DNA from: an uncultured Pseudomonadales bacterium
GTDB lineage: Bacteria > Patescibacteriota > Microgenomatia > UBA1400 > MFAQ01
DNA length: 64,000 nucleotides
NCBI GenBank assembly: GCA_964357975.1
Contig: CAYHNG010000005.1
Span: forward strand, 1,031-65,030
Direction: 5' to 3'
The position numbers were made by a program, and so were the translations under genes. Of this stretch, positions 39,924-49,277 are shown one piece after another (the stretch's first letter is position 1; every line of letters starts with the position of its first letter). The notes below the pieces were generated by a model, which was not told where the DNA came from, made no database searches, and saw nothing but the letters and a program-made list of their open reading frames with translations.

Positions 39924-41903
39924 TTACCAAGTAACGAGTCTGCTGGCAATCTCCTCCGCTTTTTGCCTATTTTGGTGGATAATTTCCCTGGCATCGTGCT
40001 TGGCGAGTGTAAATAGTTTTTTTGACCAAAAATACTTGAGACGGGTTTGGAGTGAGCCATGTTGTTTTTCGCCATATATCTGCCCTGCTCCACGAAGCCG
40101 AAGATCTTTTTGAGCCAGGACTAACCCGGCGTGAAATTTTTGAAGTAACTGAAGCCGTTCAGTTTCCACCTCGTCGTCTCCGGAGGGCACCAGAAAACAG
40201 TATCCCTGTCCTTCTCCCCTACCCACTCGACCGCGAAGCTGGTGAAGTTGAGCCAGTCCAAATCTTTCTGCCGAATGAATGACCATGATGTTGGCGGCCG
40301 GAATATCGATTCCCACTTCAATCAGAGAAGTGGAGGTTAAGAGACTCCCCGGAGTGTTTTTGAACTGGAGGAGAATGCTCTGTTGGTCTTCGGGCGACAG
40401 CTTGCCATGAATGGTCCAGACAGGAAACCTTTCCGGGAGTAGACGCCGGTATTCCGCCGTTATCCGTTCAACAGAGGCCACATTTTGATGATGGTCCGAA
40501 ATATTAGGACAGACCACGAAGATTTGATTGCCTTTTTCCAGCTCCGAAATTAGCCATTTGGGACTGTCTTTGAATTTTGTAGGTGAAACAACGAAAGTCT
40601 TGACCGGTAAACGGTTGTTGGGTTTGTGGTGAAGATTGCTGATTTCGATATCCCCCAACAATCCTAAGGCAACTGTTCTCGGAATAGGAGTAGCGGAAAG
40701 ATTAAATAGATGAGGAAGAGGGCTTCTTTTCATAAGCATTTCTCTTTGGACAACACCGAACTTGTGTTGTTCGTCTATGGCTACAAAGGCAAGCGGTGGG
40801 TTTAAATCGGGTGGAAGCTGATTGAGCAACGCGTGAGTGCCAATAAAAAGCGTGGGTAAGGAAGAAATTTCTACCTTGTGAGTAGAAGTAACCAGTTTAA
40901 CTTGGTCCGGAAAGAGGGAGTATTTTTGGAAAGTGTGGAAGTGTTGAGTGGCTAGGATTTCAGTGGGTGCCATAAGAGCGCAACTGAAATTGGCCGATAA
41001 CGTCTGATTGGCGGCAAAGATTAGTGGTGCTGTCTTTCCGGAACCTGTTTCACCTTGAATGAGTCGATGAGTAAACTCGTGGTTCTTCAGATCTCTTTCG
41101 AGATGGTGAATAGTTTTTAGTTGATCGGAGGTTACGGTAAAAGGAAGAAGATCGGAGGTTTGTGTATCTACCTTGTGAGTGATTCTTATGGGAATCGAGG
41201 GACCGAGTTTGTCCAACTCCAGACGGTTGTTGATATTTATTCTGAGATGTTCATTGTAGGCCAGACGTTTATCGGCTGACCAGCGCTCACTACTTTCTGA
41301 GGGAAAATGAATTTGGATTAACGCTTTGGAGAGAGGAATAAGGCCACTTTTACTTAAGAGTTCCGTTTTCAAAGGATCCTGAAGATCAATATCTTGCAGA
41401 ATTTCGTAGATCTTTTTTCGAAGCCATCTGGAATTGAGACCTTCGGTTTGTGGGTAGAGAGGAACCAGCCCCTTAGTATTAAGGGTGAATGAGTCCCCTT
41501 CTTCAATAATCGGGGAGATAATGGTTAGTCCCTTACCAAAAAAACTAGGTCTGCCGGCGATACTATACGATGCGCCGTCTTTGATCAGTCTCTTTATATA
41601 TGGGTTGTTAAACCAAGTTAAGGTAATTCTTCCGGACGAATCTTGAGCGACTGATTGGGTAACCAGTTTACCCCCGGATGAGTAGAAAGTCTTGGGACTG
41701 TTGATTACCGCCAAAAAAGAACCGGGAATTTTTTCTTTGAGGTCTTTAATCTTATTTTGCTTGGAAAAATCAAGATAATTTCTGGGGAAATGTTTTAGTA
41801 AATCTCCTACTGTATATATCTCAAGGCGATTGAGCTTTTCTTCAATGGCGGGACCCACGCCCTTAACCGTGGAGATCGAGTCTCCGGTAGAGTATATACT
41901 CAT
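39924..41903 (-). CDS. recG: ATP-dependent DNA helicase RecG
   Basis: N-terminal wedge domain. Helicase motifs GETGSGKT and DEQHKFGV. 659 aa. Confidence 0.9.
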   Translation of the reverse strand: MSIYSTGDSISTVKGVGPAIEEKLNRLEIYTVGDLLKHFPRNYLDFSKQNKIKDLKEKIPGSFLAVINSPKTFYSSGGKLVTQSVAQDSSGRITLTWFNNPYIKRLIKDGASYSIAGRPSFFGKGLTIISPIIEEGDSFTLNTKGLVPLYPQTEGLNSRWLRKKIYEILQDIDLQDPLKTELLSKSGLIPLSKALIQIHFPSESSERWSADKRLAYNEHLRININNRLELDKLGPSIPIRITHKVDTQTSDLLPFTVTSDQLKTIHHLERDLKNHEFTHRLIQGETGSGKTAPLIFAANQTLSANFSCALMAPTEILATQHFHTFQKYSLFPDQVKLVTSTHKVEISSLPTLFIGTHALLNQLPPDLNPPLAFVAIDEQHKFGVVQREMLMKRSPLPHLFNLSATPIPRTVALGLLGDIEISNLHHKPNNRLPVKTFVVSPTKFKDSPKWLISELEKGNQIFVVCPNISDHHQNVASVERITAEYRRLLPERFPVWTIHGKLSPEDQQSILLQFKNTPGSLLTSTSLIEVGIDIPAANIMVIHSAERFGLAQLHQLRGRVGRGEGQGYCFLVPSGDDEVETERLQLLQKFHAGLVLAQKDLRLRGAGQIYGEKQHGSLQTRLKYFWSKKLFTLAKHDAREIIHQNRQKAEEIASRLVTW

Positions 41904-41995
41904 CGGATGAGAAGAGAGGCAAAGGTGGTGAGAACCAAAACCAGAGATCCGATGAAAATAATCGCGGTAAAAATTTTCCTTCTTCTTTTGGTCAT
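41900..41995 (-). CDS. putative 31-aa membrane peptide (stop overlaps recG start)
   Basis: MTKRRRKIFTAIIFIGSLVLVLTTFASLLIR. TGA overlaps the recG ATG (ATGA). A/T-rich promoter-like region upstream. Coding status unproven. Confidence 0.25.
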   Translation of the reverse strand: MTKRRRKIFTAIIFIGSLVLVLTTFASLLIR

Positions 41996-42031
41996 AGCTA
42001 TTTAATTATATATAATAATACAGAGAATAAT

Positions 42032-44593
42032 ATGTACAGAAGACAGCGTGCCAGACAAGTCGGAGTTATCTTACCGAGAATCATTTGGGGCAAGGTGATC
42101 TTTTTTGGGCTTCTGACCGTAACTGTTTTGGTTGCTTTGGTGTTTCTCTGGTTTGGACGTGACTTGCCTGACCCAACAAAAGTGCAGCGAAAAGCAGGCT
42201 TTTCTTCGGAAATATTAGATCGGACCGGTAAAGTGATCCTCTACGATGTTTATACCGATCAAGACCGCAAATTTACCCCCCTGGTTTTGGTTCCCGATTA
42301 CCTCAAAAAGGCAACAATTGCGATAGAAGATAAGGAATTCTATAAACATCAAGGATTCGATCCAATGTCGGTGTTACGGATCGCCAAAAATTTGATCATC
42401 AACAGACGTCTGATTGGTGGATCGACTCTGACTCAACAGTTGGTTAAAATGCTTCTGTTAACCAACGAACGGTCCGTATCGAGAAAAGTTAGAGAATTTA
42501 TGTTGGCCTTGAGAATCGAAAAGACTTTTAGCAAGGATGAAATACTGCAAATGTATCTGAATGAAGCTCCTTATGGTGGGAATGCCGTGGGGGTGGCAGC
42601 GGCTTCACAAATCTATTTTGGCAAAGAACCTAAAGACTTGAGTTTGGCCGAATGTGTGCTGTTGGCGGGACTACCCCAATCCCCTTCCCGTTATTCACCC
42701 TACAGCGGTAGTAACAAAAAGGCCTATCTTCCCCGAGCCAAAGAAGTTTCGAGAAGATTGAGAGAAGACGGGATTATTTCCAAAGAAATGGAGACCGAAG
42801 TAAATTCACAACTGGATATAATTCAGTTCAGAGGTTTGGGAAGTAATAAGATCAAAGCCCCACATTTCGTAATGTATGTGAAACAGCTCTTGGAAGATAA
42901 ATATGGATCAAGCATTTTGGATACCGGTGGGTTAAAGGTTACGACCAGTTTGAATTGGGATATTCAGCAAAAGGCGGAGGCTGCCGTCAAAGAAGAGGTA
43001 GATAAAGTTACCGGAAGTCTGAATATAAAGAATGGTGCTTCGGTGATATTGGATACTAATAACGGAGAAGTATTAAGTATGGTAGGTTCAAAAAACTTTT
43101 TTGACACTTCGATTGATGGTGAGGTAAACGTAACTACCAGATTGCGGCAACCGGGATCTTCGATTAAGCCACTTGTTTATGCCACTGCATTTATGAAAAA
43201 TTTTGGGCCGGCTTCAGTAATTGCCGATGTGGTAACGGAGTTTCCCGGAAAAGATGACAAAACTCCTTATGCACCAAAAAATTATGATGGTAAGGAACAT
43301 GGTTTGCTTCATTTAAGAGAGGCTTTAGCCAGTTCAATTAATGTACCGGCGGTAAAACTACTCGCTTTACTGGGCGTAGAAGATGTGCTTCGGCAGGGTT
43401 ACCGAATGGGTTTGCTTTCGCTTGAACCAACCAAAGAGACTATGGCCCGTGTGGGCCTTTCAATGGCTCTTGGAGGGGCTGAGGTGAGGTTGCTTGACTT
43501 GGTGGGTGCGTACAGTGCATTTTCCAACGGAGGTTTCAAGGTAGAACCGGTGGTTATCTTGAAAATCGAGGACGGCAACGGAGGGATTATTTTTGAGAAT
43601 AAGCCGGTAAAACCGGAAAAGGTCTTGGACGAGAAAGTGTCCTTTTTGATTAATTCCGTGTTATCCGACAACAATGCGCGATTACTGACCTTTGGACCCA
43701 ATTCATATCTTAATTTAGGAGCCAGAGCTGTGGCGGTGAAAACCGGAACCACCAATGACCTGAGAGATAACTGGACGGTTGGGTGGACGAAGGATTTTAT
43801 TGTCGGGGTTTGGGTGGGAAATAATGATAATGAAAAAATGAAAAACGTCGCTTCCGGTGTTTCGGGTGCGGCACCGATTTGGAGAAGAGAAACTCTGGAT
43901 ATGCTCTCTATCAAGCCAGACAGACCGTTTGAAGCACCCGAAGGAGTCTCTCAGATCGAAGTGGACAAGATTTCCGGATATCCGGCGCACGACGGGTACG
44001 GAAGTTATAAGGAATGGTTTATCAGTGGAAGCGTGCCGACTGGCCCCGATCCAATTCACACCAAAGTTAAACTGTGTAAGAATAACCCGACTAAATTAGC
44101 AGATCCGATCTCCATTTCTCAGGGTAATTTTGATGAGAAAGAATTTGTGATTATTAAAGAAAACGATCCGTTAACGGACAAGTCCAGTTGGCAGAAAGCG
44201 ATTGACGAGTGGATTGCAAAGCAAAATAATCCAATTTACTTGATTCCCACCGAAGTATGCGGCGCCAGTTCGTCGATGGATATTCAAATAGTAACACCGG
44301 CTAACAACGGAAGGGTCGATGGAGATGAAATCACTATTCGGTTTTCGGTAGTTTCCGATAAACCGATCGTGGAAGCCAGGATATTTATAGATGGAAATTT
44401 GGAACAGACCATTACGGATGGTGTATACCTCAAGAAAATGAAGATTGCTACAGGTCAGCATAGTCTAAGAATCGCGGCTCGAAACAATGAAGGTAAAGAG
44501 GAGTCTAAAACGAGTGATTTTGCGGTGAATGTAGACTATCTCTCCCCTACCCCTAGCCCAACTTTATCCCCCACTCCAACTTCAACTCCATAG
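42032..44593 (+). CDS. class A penicillin-binding protein (PBP1A; transglycosylase/transpeptidase)
   Basis: GT51 motifs (IAIEDKEFYKHQGFD, GGSTLTQQL). Transpeptidase SxxK (GSSIKP), SxN, KTG(T). C-terminal extension ending in a PT-rich tail. 853 aa. Confidence 0.9.
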   Translation: MYRRQRARQVGVILPRIIWGKVIFFGLLTVTVLVALVFLWFGRDLPDPTKVQRKAGFSSEILDRTGKVILYDVYTDQDRKFTPLVLVPDYLKKATIAIEDKEFYKHQGFDPMSVLRIAKNLIINRRLIGGSTLTQQLVKMLLLTNERSVSRKVREFMLALRIEKTFSKDEILQMYLNEAPYGGNAVGVAAASQIYFGKEPKDLSLAECVLLAGLPQSPSRYSPYSGSNKKAYLPRAKEVSRRLREDGIISKEMETEVNSQLDIIQFRGLGSNKIKAPHFVMYVKQLLEDKYGSSILDTGGLKVTTSLNWDIQQKAEAAVKEEVDKVTGSLNIKNGASVILDTNNGEVLSMVGSKNFFDTSIDGEVNVTTRLRQPGSSIKPLVYATAFMKNFGPASVIADVVTEFPGKDDKTPYAPKNYDGKEHGLLHLREALASSINVPAVKLLALLGVEDVLRQGYRMGLLSLEPTKETMARVGLSMALGGAEVRLLDLVGAYSAFSNGGFKVEPVVILKIEDGNGGIIFENKPVKPEKVLDEKVSFLINSVLSDNNARLLTFGPNSYLNLGARAVAVKTGTTNDLRDNWTVGWTKDFIVGVWVGNNDNEKMKNVASGVSGAAPIWRRETLDMLSIKPDRPFEAPEGVSQIEVDKISGYPAHDGYGSYKEWFISGSVPTGPDPIHTKVKLCKNNPTKLADPISISQGNFDEKEFVIIKENDPLTDKSSWQKAIDEWIAKQNNPIYLIPTEVCGASSSMDIQIVTPANNGRVDGDEITIRFSVVSDKPIVEARIFIDGNLEQTITDGVYLKKMKIATGQHSLRIAARNNEGKEESKTSDFAVNVDYLSPTPSPTLSPTPTSTP

Positions 44594-44658
44594 CTATACC
44601 TTGTTCTAGTCTGATATCCTGCAGGGCCTGGCCCTGCAGGTGATTATAATGGTAATAT

Positions 44659-45339
44659 ATGCCACAGAAGAATAGTCGTAAAGAATACGGTGCCGGTGGT
44701 CACTATCACGTTTATAACCGTGGGGTAAACAAGAGTTCGATATTTTTAGACGAACAGGATTTTAAGGTTTTTCTTGGGTACTTAAAACTGTATCTTGAAC
44801 CACCTAACCTGCAGGGCCAGGCCCTGCAGGATGAGAATGGAAGAACAATCCCTCCTTCAAAGGAACCTAAGAACTATATGGGTGAGATTGAGTTATTGGC
44901 ATATTGTCTAATGCCTAACCATTTTCATTTGCTCATTAAACAAAATACCGATAGAGGTATTGCTGAGTTTATGCAGTCTTTAATTCAGAGATATGTGATG
45001 TATTTTAATAAAAAATATATGAGAGTGGGAGGACTTTTCCAAAGTAGGTATAAATCGGTTTTAATTGAGGATGAAAACCAATTTGTGTATATCACTAAAT
45101 ATATCCATCGAAATCCGATCGATATTTTACCTGCAAAACTTGGCACTGCAGGATATGAAGTTTATCGATATTCTTCGTATGGGAATTATCTCGGTTTGTT
45201 TCAACAGCGATGGGTTCGGCCGGAGCAGATTCTTTCATATTTTTCCAATATGAAAGAAGGAAGTACTTATCAAAGCTTTGTAGAGAATACGGTGTCAGAC
45301 GATTTAACTAAAGTATATTACGAGATGATGGATAATTGA
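44659..45339 (+). CDS. IS200-like / REP-associated tyrosine (Y1 HUH) transposase, paralog 2
   Basis: MPQKNSRKEYGAGGHYHVYNRG..., HUH MPNHFHLL, RYK...YIHRNP. 226 aa. Roughly three-quarters identical to the 18650 paralog, by eye. Confidence 0.8.
   Translation: MPQKNSRKEYGAGGHYHVYNRGVNKSSIFLDEQDFKVFLGYLKLYLEPPNLQGQALQDENGRTIPPSKEPKNYMGEIELLAYCLMPNHFHLLIKQNTDRGIAEFMQSLIQRYVMYFNKKYMRVGGLFQSRYKSVLIEDENQFVYITKYIHRNPIDILPAKLGTAGYEVYRYSSYGNYLGLFQQRWVRPEQILSYFSNMKEGSTYQSFVENTVSDDLTKVYYEMMDN
44808..44830. repeat. 23-bp perfect palindrome inside RAYT-2 CDS (encodes LQGQAL)
   Basis: CCTGCAGGGCCAGGCCCTGCAGG, in frame. Confidence 0.9.
45130..45152. repeat. degenerate internal palindrome in RAYT-2 CDS
   Basis: CCTGCAaaacttggcacTGCAGG keeps the 6-bp outer arms at the position homologous to the second internal palindrome of paralog 1. 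Confidence 0.6.
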
Positions 45340-45412
45340 ATGCTTGTTCTAGTTTGATATCCTGCAGGGCCAGGCCCTGCAGGATACTTGATGATGGGAT
45401 ATTAGAACAACT

Positions 45413-46108
45413 GTGATAGAATTGGATGATATGAAATCTATTGCCCTTTTTGATATTGATGAAACCATTTTTAGCCAGCAGTCGCTATTCCCTGTGATAA
45501 AGAAGATGGTAGATCTTGGTCTTTTACAAAGTAGTATCTTAACTGATATAGATATTGAATATAAAAAATATAAGAACCAATTGCAATCCTACTCTGAGGC
45601 TGGCAATAATATTCTTAATTTATTCTGCCTTTCGTTAGCTGGCAAAGAATATAGCTTGACCTATAAAGTCGTAAAGGATTTTTTTGTGGAGAACCAAGCC
45701 AATTTTTATCACTTTTTTCCTGAGATACTACCAAAGCTAAAGACCACCCATGAAGTATATTTGGTTACTGCAAACTCTCAGATGTTTGGTGAGGCGGTAA
45801 ATGAAATGTTTGGGCTGGATGGGTATTTGTCCACTAGTTTTGAAGTCGTAGATAAAAAATTTACGGGTAAAATTCTTAACTCGTTAGCTGACGGTAAACA
45901 TATTGTTGAAGAACTACTGTCTAATTATGAAGGCGCGACAATGGCTTTTGGTGATTCCGAGAACGATATTGGAATGCTGAAGAGGGTTTCAATTCCAATT
46001 TGTGTTAATCCGACACCAAAACTACTGATTCACGCCAAAGAGAAAAACTGGACAGTAGTAAGTGACCAAAATGCTTACGAAAAGATTCTTGACTTACTTG
46101 AACCATAA
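45413..46108 (+). CDS. HAD-IB family hydrolase (phosphoserine-phosphatase-like)
   Basis: Motif I ALFDIDETIF (DxDxT). Motif IV GDSENDIGML. Cap domain between them. 231 aa. Confidence 0.7.
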   Translation: MIELDDMKSIALFDIDETIFSQQSLFPVIKKMVDLGLLQSSILTDIDIEYKKYKNQLQSYSEAGNNILNLFCLSLAGKEYSLTYKVVKDFFVENQANFYHFFPEILPKLKTTHEVYLVTANSQMFGEAVNEMFGLDGYLSTSFEVVDKKFTGKILNSLADGKHIVEELLSNYEGATMAFGDSENDIGMLKRVSIPICVNPTPKLLIHAKEKNWTVVSDQNAYEKILDLLEP

Positions 46109-46129
46109 ATATCTATTCTTGGGATACAA

Positions 46130-46165
46130 AAATTTTCCCGACAAGCGAGAGATTCTATTTTGGAC
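46130..46165. terminator. bidirectional terminator between HAD gene and pheT; same hairpin as at 53577
   Basis: AAAAATT, then hairpin TTCCCGACAAGCGAGAGA, then TTCTATTTT. Confidence 0.45.
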
Positions 46166-46182
46166 TCGCAACCCGTGAGAAC

Positions 46183-48198
46183 TTAGACCTTGAAGCGTTT
46201 ATAGATGATGTCTTTGAGAATGTTTATTGCCGATTGTTCCAGGTTTTTTTCGTCGCAACCGAAAGATATTCTAAAAGTATGTTTATTGTTAAAACTATTC
46301 AGAAAATCAACTTGTTTAACTAATGTTGAAGAGTCTTTAATAATATCCATGATGTCGCCAAGTAATTTATCCGATTCGACGGTGATGTCTTCCAGCATCA
46401 GAGGGTAATCTGATATTGGTTGATATGAGTACTGAGGATTAATTAAGGCAGAAAGTAAAACAAGATTTATTTCCAAGACAGTGGGATTAGTCTGCAAGCC
46501 GATAGATCTAAGTATGGATGGTTTGATTAATCCAAGATGCCCCAATAAATGCTTGCCGGAGTAAATGCCTGCGGTATTTACCGGGTTGAAAAAGGCCGGA
46601 GGGTTGAGAGATGGTTTAAAGGAGATGGAGGTGGTTTTTAATTTGCGGAAAAGAGCTTCAACCTGACCTTTGGTTTGACGGTAATCTTGACCGGAGATTA
46701 ACGCCAGCCGGGAAACCTCCAGGGGTAGTTCCTGACCCTTTATTTTTTGGTAGACGATGGCAATTTCCAAAGTGTTAATTGGCGTGTTAGCCTTGCCTTG
46801 ATTATGTTTGTGGTTCTCAAGACCCGAAGGTATTAGGCTGGTTCTTAAATATTCATAATCTTGAGAGAGAGTGTTGCGGAGTTTTAGATGATTTTCCGGT
46901 ACCAACTCGGTCTTCTTTAGTAAATCATGGGAGATGAGTGAGTTATTGTAAATTTCGTGATAGCCGATGGCGGAGAGGTACTTTTTTATTTCGGTTTCTG
47001 TTTTGAGTAAAGGGCTTGTTGGCTCTACCGGCAAATTAACGCAGGGTAATGATGGGGGGAGCCGGAAGTAGCCGTAAATACGAGCAACTTCTTCGGCCAG
47101 ATCTTCTTTGAGATTGACATCGTGGTAGCGCCAACTGGGGACTGAACAGACCAACCGGTTGGCTTGGATCTTTCCTCCAAATCCGAGACTCGCCAAAATA
47201 GAAATGACGGTTTCTTTGTTGATGGCCACTCCGACGAAAGTGTTTAACCAATTAAAGTCTAAAGAGATAAGTTTGGGCGGACGGATCGCGGGATAATAAT
47301 CAAAAAGTGTGGATGAGACAATGCCCCCGGCTCTTTGTTGAAGTAAACGAATAGCTTGAGCCATAACCGGTAGGCAGAGTTCCGGGTCGGGCTGTTTTTC
47401 ATATAGTTGAGCCGCCAGAGTTCTTTTCTGAAGCCGAAGAGAAGTTTGACGGATCTTTTTCGGATTGTAGACGGGTACAATAAGAAGGATGTTCTTGGTA
47501 TGCTCGTCGACTTCGGCCACTTGGCCTCCCATGACTCCACAGAGGTCTACTAATCTGCTTGCACCATCTTCGATAACAATGTCACCGTCCAGAAGTGGAT
47601 GAACTTGATTATCTAAGGTAACAATGCTCTCTCCTTGATGGCTTTCCCGAACGGTCAGACTCTGAGTGGCCAATTTATCGCGGTCAAAGATATGGCTGGG
47701 CATGCCGTAGAGCAAGGTCAGTTCGTTGGTAATATCGATACAATTATTTAAGGCACGAAGGCCACTGTTTTCCAGAAACACTTGGGTCTCATGGCCGGAA
47801 GGTTTGATGGAGATATTTTCTAGAGCTATGGCAGTGAAGCGAATAACCAAATCTTCCTTAATGTCTAAGTGGAACTGTTTTGATAAATTCTTGGGAAAAC
47901 TGTAGGGTTCCTGGTAGGGATCATTGATGAATTTAGAGGGTATGTTGAACTGAGAGAGTATGATGGCCGCTTCTCTGGCTACACCCATGGCGCTCGCCGT
48001 ATCGACCCTGTTGGTAATGGCTTCGATTTCGTAAATATAGTCTCCGCCGATTTTTTTTAGACGATCAAAAGTGGGACCGCACAAACTAATGTTTTGACTG
48101 AGTTCTTCTGCGGTAGCAGATGTCTCAAGGAATTTTCTGAGGGAAGAGTCTGTAATAACAATATCCATTTTAAAATTGTTTGAGAAATCTAATATCAT
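46183..48198 (-). CDS. pheT: phenylalanine--tRNA ligase beta subunit (short form)
   Basis: B3/B4 domain (IYEIEAITNRVDTASAMGVARE), B5, catalytic-like core. 671 aa, so the N-terminal tRNA-binding domain is likely absent. Overlaps pheS. Confidence 0.88.
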   Translation of the reverse strand: MILDFSNNFKMDIVITDSSLRKFLETSATAEELSQNISLCGPTFDRLKKIGGDYIYEIEAITNRVDTASAMGVAREAAIILSQFNIPSKFINDPYQEPYSFPKNLSKQFHLDIKEDLVIRFTAIALENISIKPSGHETQVFLENSGLRALNNCIDITNELTLLYGMPSHIFDRDKLATQSLTVRESHQGESIVTLDNQVHPLLDGDIVIEDGASRLVDLCGVMGGQVAEVDEHTKNILLIVPVYNPKKIRQTSLRLQKRTLAAQLYEKQPDPELCLPVMAQAIRLLQQRAGGIVSSTLFDYYPAIRPPKLISLDFNWLNTFVGVAINKETVISILASLGFGGKIQANRLVCSVPSWRYHDVNLKEDLAEEVARIYGYFRLPPSLPCVNLPVEPTSPLLKTETEIKKYLSAIGYHEIYNNSLISHDLLKKTELVPENHLKLRNTLSQDYEYLRTSLIPSGLENHKHNQGKANTPINTLEIAIVYQKIKGQELPLEVSRLALISGQDYRQTKGQVEALFRKLKTTSISFKPSLNPPAFFNPVNTAGIYSGKHLLGHLGLIKPSILRSIGLQTNPTVLEINLVLLSALINPQYSYQPISDYPLMLEDITVESDKLLGDIMDIIKDSSTLVKQVDFLNSFNNKHTFRISFGCDEKNLEQSAINILKDIIYKRFKV

Positions 48199-49210
48199 CG
48201 CTGTAAATCAACCTGAGGTCAGGTAACTTGGACTTCATCATTAAGACACGTTCTACCCCCCAGCCAAAGGCAAAACCGGAACACTCATCAGGGTTTAACC
48301 CGCCATTGCGCAGGACGTTTGGATGAACCATGCCTGCTCCTCCGAGTTCTAGCCAGCCGGATTTGCAGACTTTGCAGGGAGAAAGGTTGATCAACCCGGT
48401 TCCCTGACAAACTTCACAGGTAATGTCGATTTCGAACGATGGTTCAGTGAATTGGAAATGGTGGGGGCGCAGTCTGGTGCGACGGTCTTGACCGAAATAT
48501 GATTTGGCAAAATACTCGGTGACTCCCAAGAGATGAGTAATGTTGACATTTTTATCAACCACCAACCCTTCGAACTGATGGAACATGGGGGTGTGGGTAG
48601 CATCAATTTGGCGTCGATAAGTTTTACCGATATTTATCATCTTGATGGGAGGTGCTTTCATAAACTCCATTTCCCTCAGTTGGCCATTGCTGGTATGAGC
48701 AGTGAGAACCGTGTTGTCTCCCACATAGAAAGTCTCTTGATCGTCCCTTGCGGGGTGGTCTTTGGGAATATTGAGACCTTCGGCGTAATACCAGTCCGAT
48801 TCAACTTCCGGATAGCGACGGCGAACAAAACCCAGTCGAAGAAAAATGTTTTCGATTTCTTCAATAGCTTGGGTAATAAGGTGCAGACTACCTTCGGGGG
48901 TTTCATTACCGGGAATCGTGACGTCAAAAGACGATTTTTCGGCCCGGCTTAGGGTTTCAAGGAGTTTGGCCGCCAATTCTTTTTGGATATAATCCTTGAG
49001 CTCGTTGATGGATTTACCGATACCCGGATCTGTTTTAACGGGTAAGGTTTTGAAAAGTAAGTTTATTTGACCTTGTTTACCAAGATATTTGGTATTGAGA
49101 GTGTCCACATCACCGGATGACCCGGATTTGCTCAGATCCTTGACGAAATTATGTTTAAGTAGGTCTATCTCGTTTGATTTTGTCCCCATCGACTTTAATG
49201 ATAACATCAT
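48170..49210 (-). CDS. pheS: phenylalanine--tRNA ligase alpha subunit
   Basis: Class II aaRS motifs (FTEPSFEID, GWLELGGAGMVHP, GFAFGWGVERV). 346 aa. Confidence 0.92.
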   Translation of the reverse strand: MMLSLKSMGTKSNEIDLLKHNFVKDLSKSGSSGDVDTLNTKYLGKQGQINLLFKTLPVKTDPGIGKSINELKDYIQKELAAKLLETLSRAEKSSFDVTIPGNETPEGSLHLITQAIEEIENIFLRLGFVRRRYPEVESDWYYAEGLNIPKDHPARDDQETFYVGDNTVLTAHTSNGQLREMEFMKAPPIKMINIGKTYRRQIDATHTPMFHQFEGLVVDKNVNITHLLGVTEYFAKSYFGQDRRTRLRPHHFQFTEPSFEIDITCEVCQGTGLINLSPCKVCKSGWLELGGAGMVHPNVLRNGGLNPDECSGFAFGWGVERVLMMKSKLPDLRLIYSDDIRFLKQF

Positions 49211-49225
49211 TCGGTAGGCTCAGGA

Positions 49226-49256
49226 TGAAAAAACTCCCCTGAACGGGGAGTTTTTA
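49226..49256 (-). terminator. intrinsic terminator downstream of rplT (bidirectional form)
   Basis: AAAAA, then ACTCCCC-tgaac-GGGGAGT, then TTTTT. Confidence 0.55.
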
Positions 49257-49277
49257 AATAATGCTTTAAAAACCCCG

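Larger units (their letters stand above)
44601..45383 (+). mobile_element. second IS200/RAYT-like Y1 transposase unit bounded by 40-bp direct repeats ending in cognate palindrome
   Basis: TTGTTCTAGT(C/T)TGATATCCTGCAGGGCC(T/A)GGCCCTGCAGG at 44601-44640 and 45344-45383. Palindrome CCTGCAGGGCCWGGCCCTGCAGG. Confidence 0.55.

Noticed and set aside
39765-40016. 83-aa plus-strand ORF and 39583-39768 ORF
   Set aside because: They are antisense to rpmF and nusB respectively. The minus-strand frames encode clear L32 and NusB.
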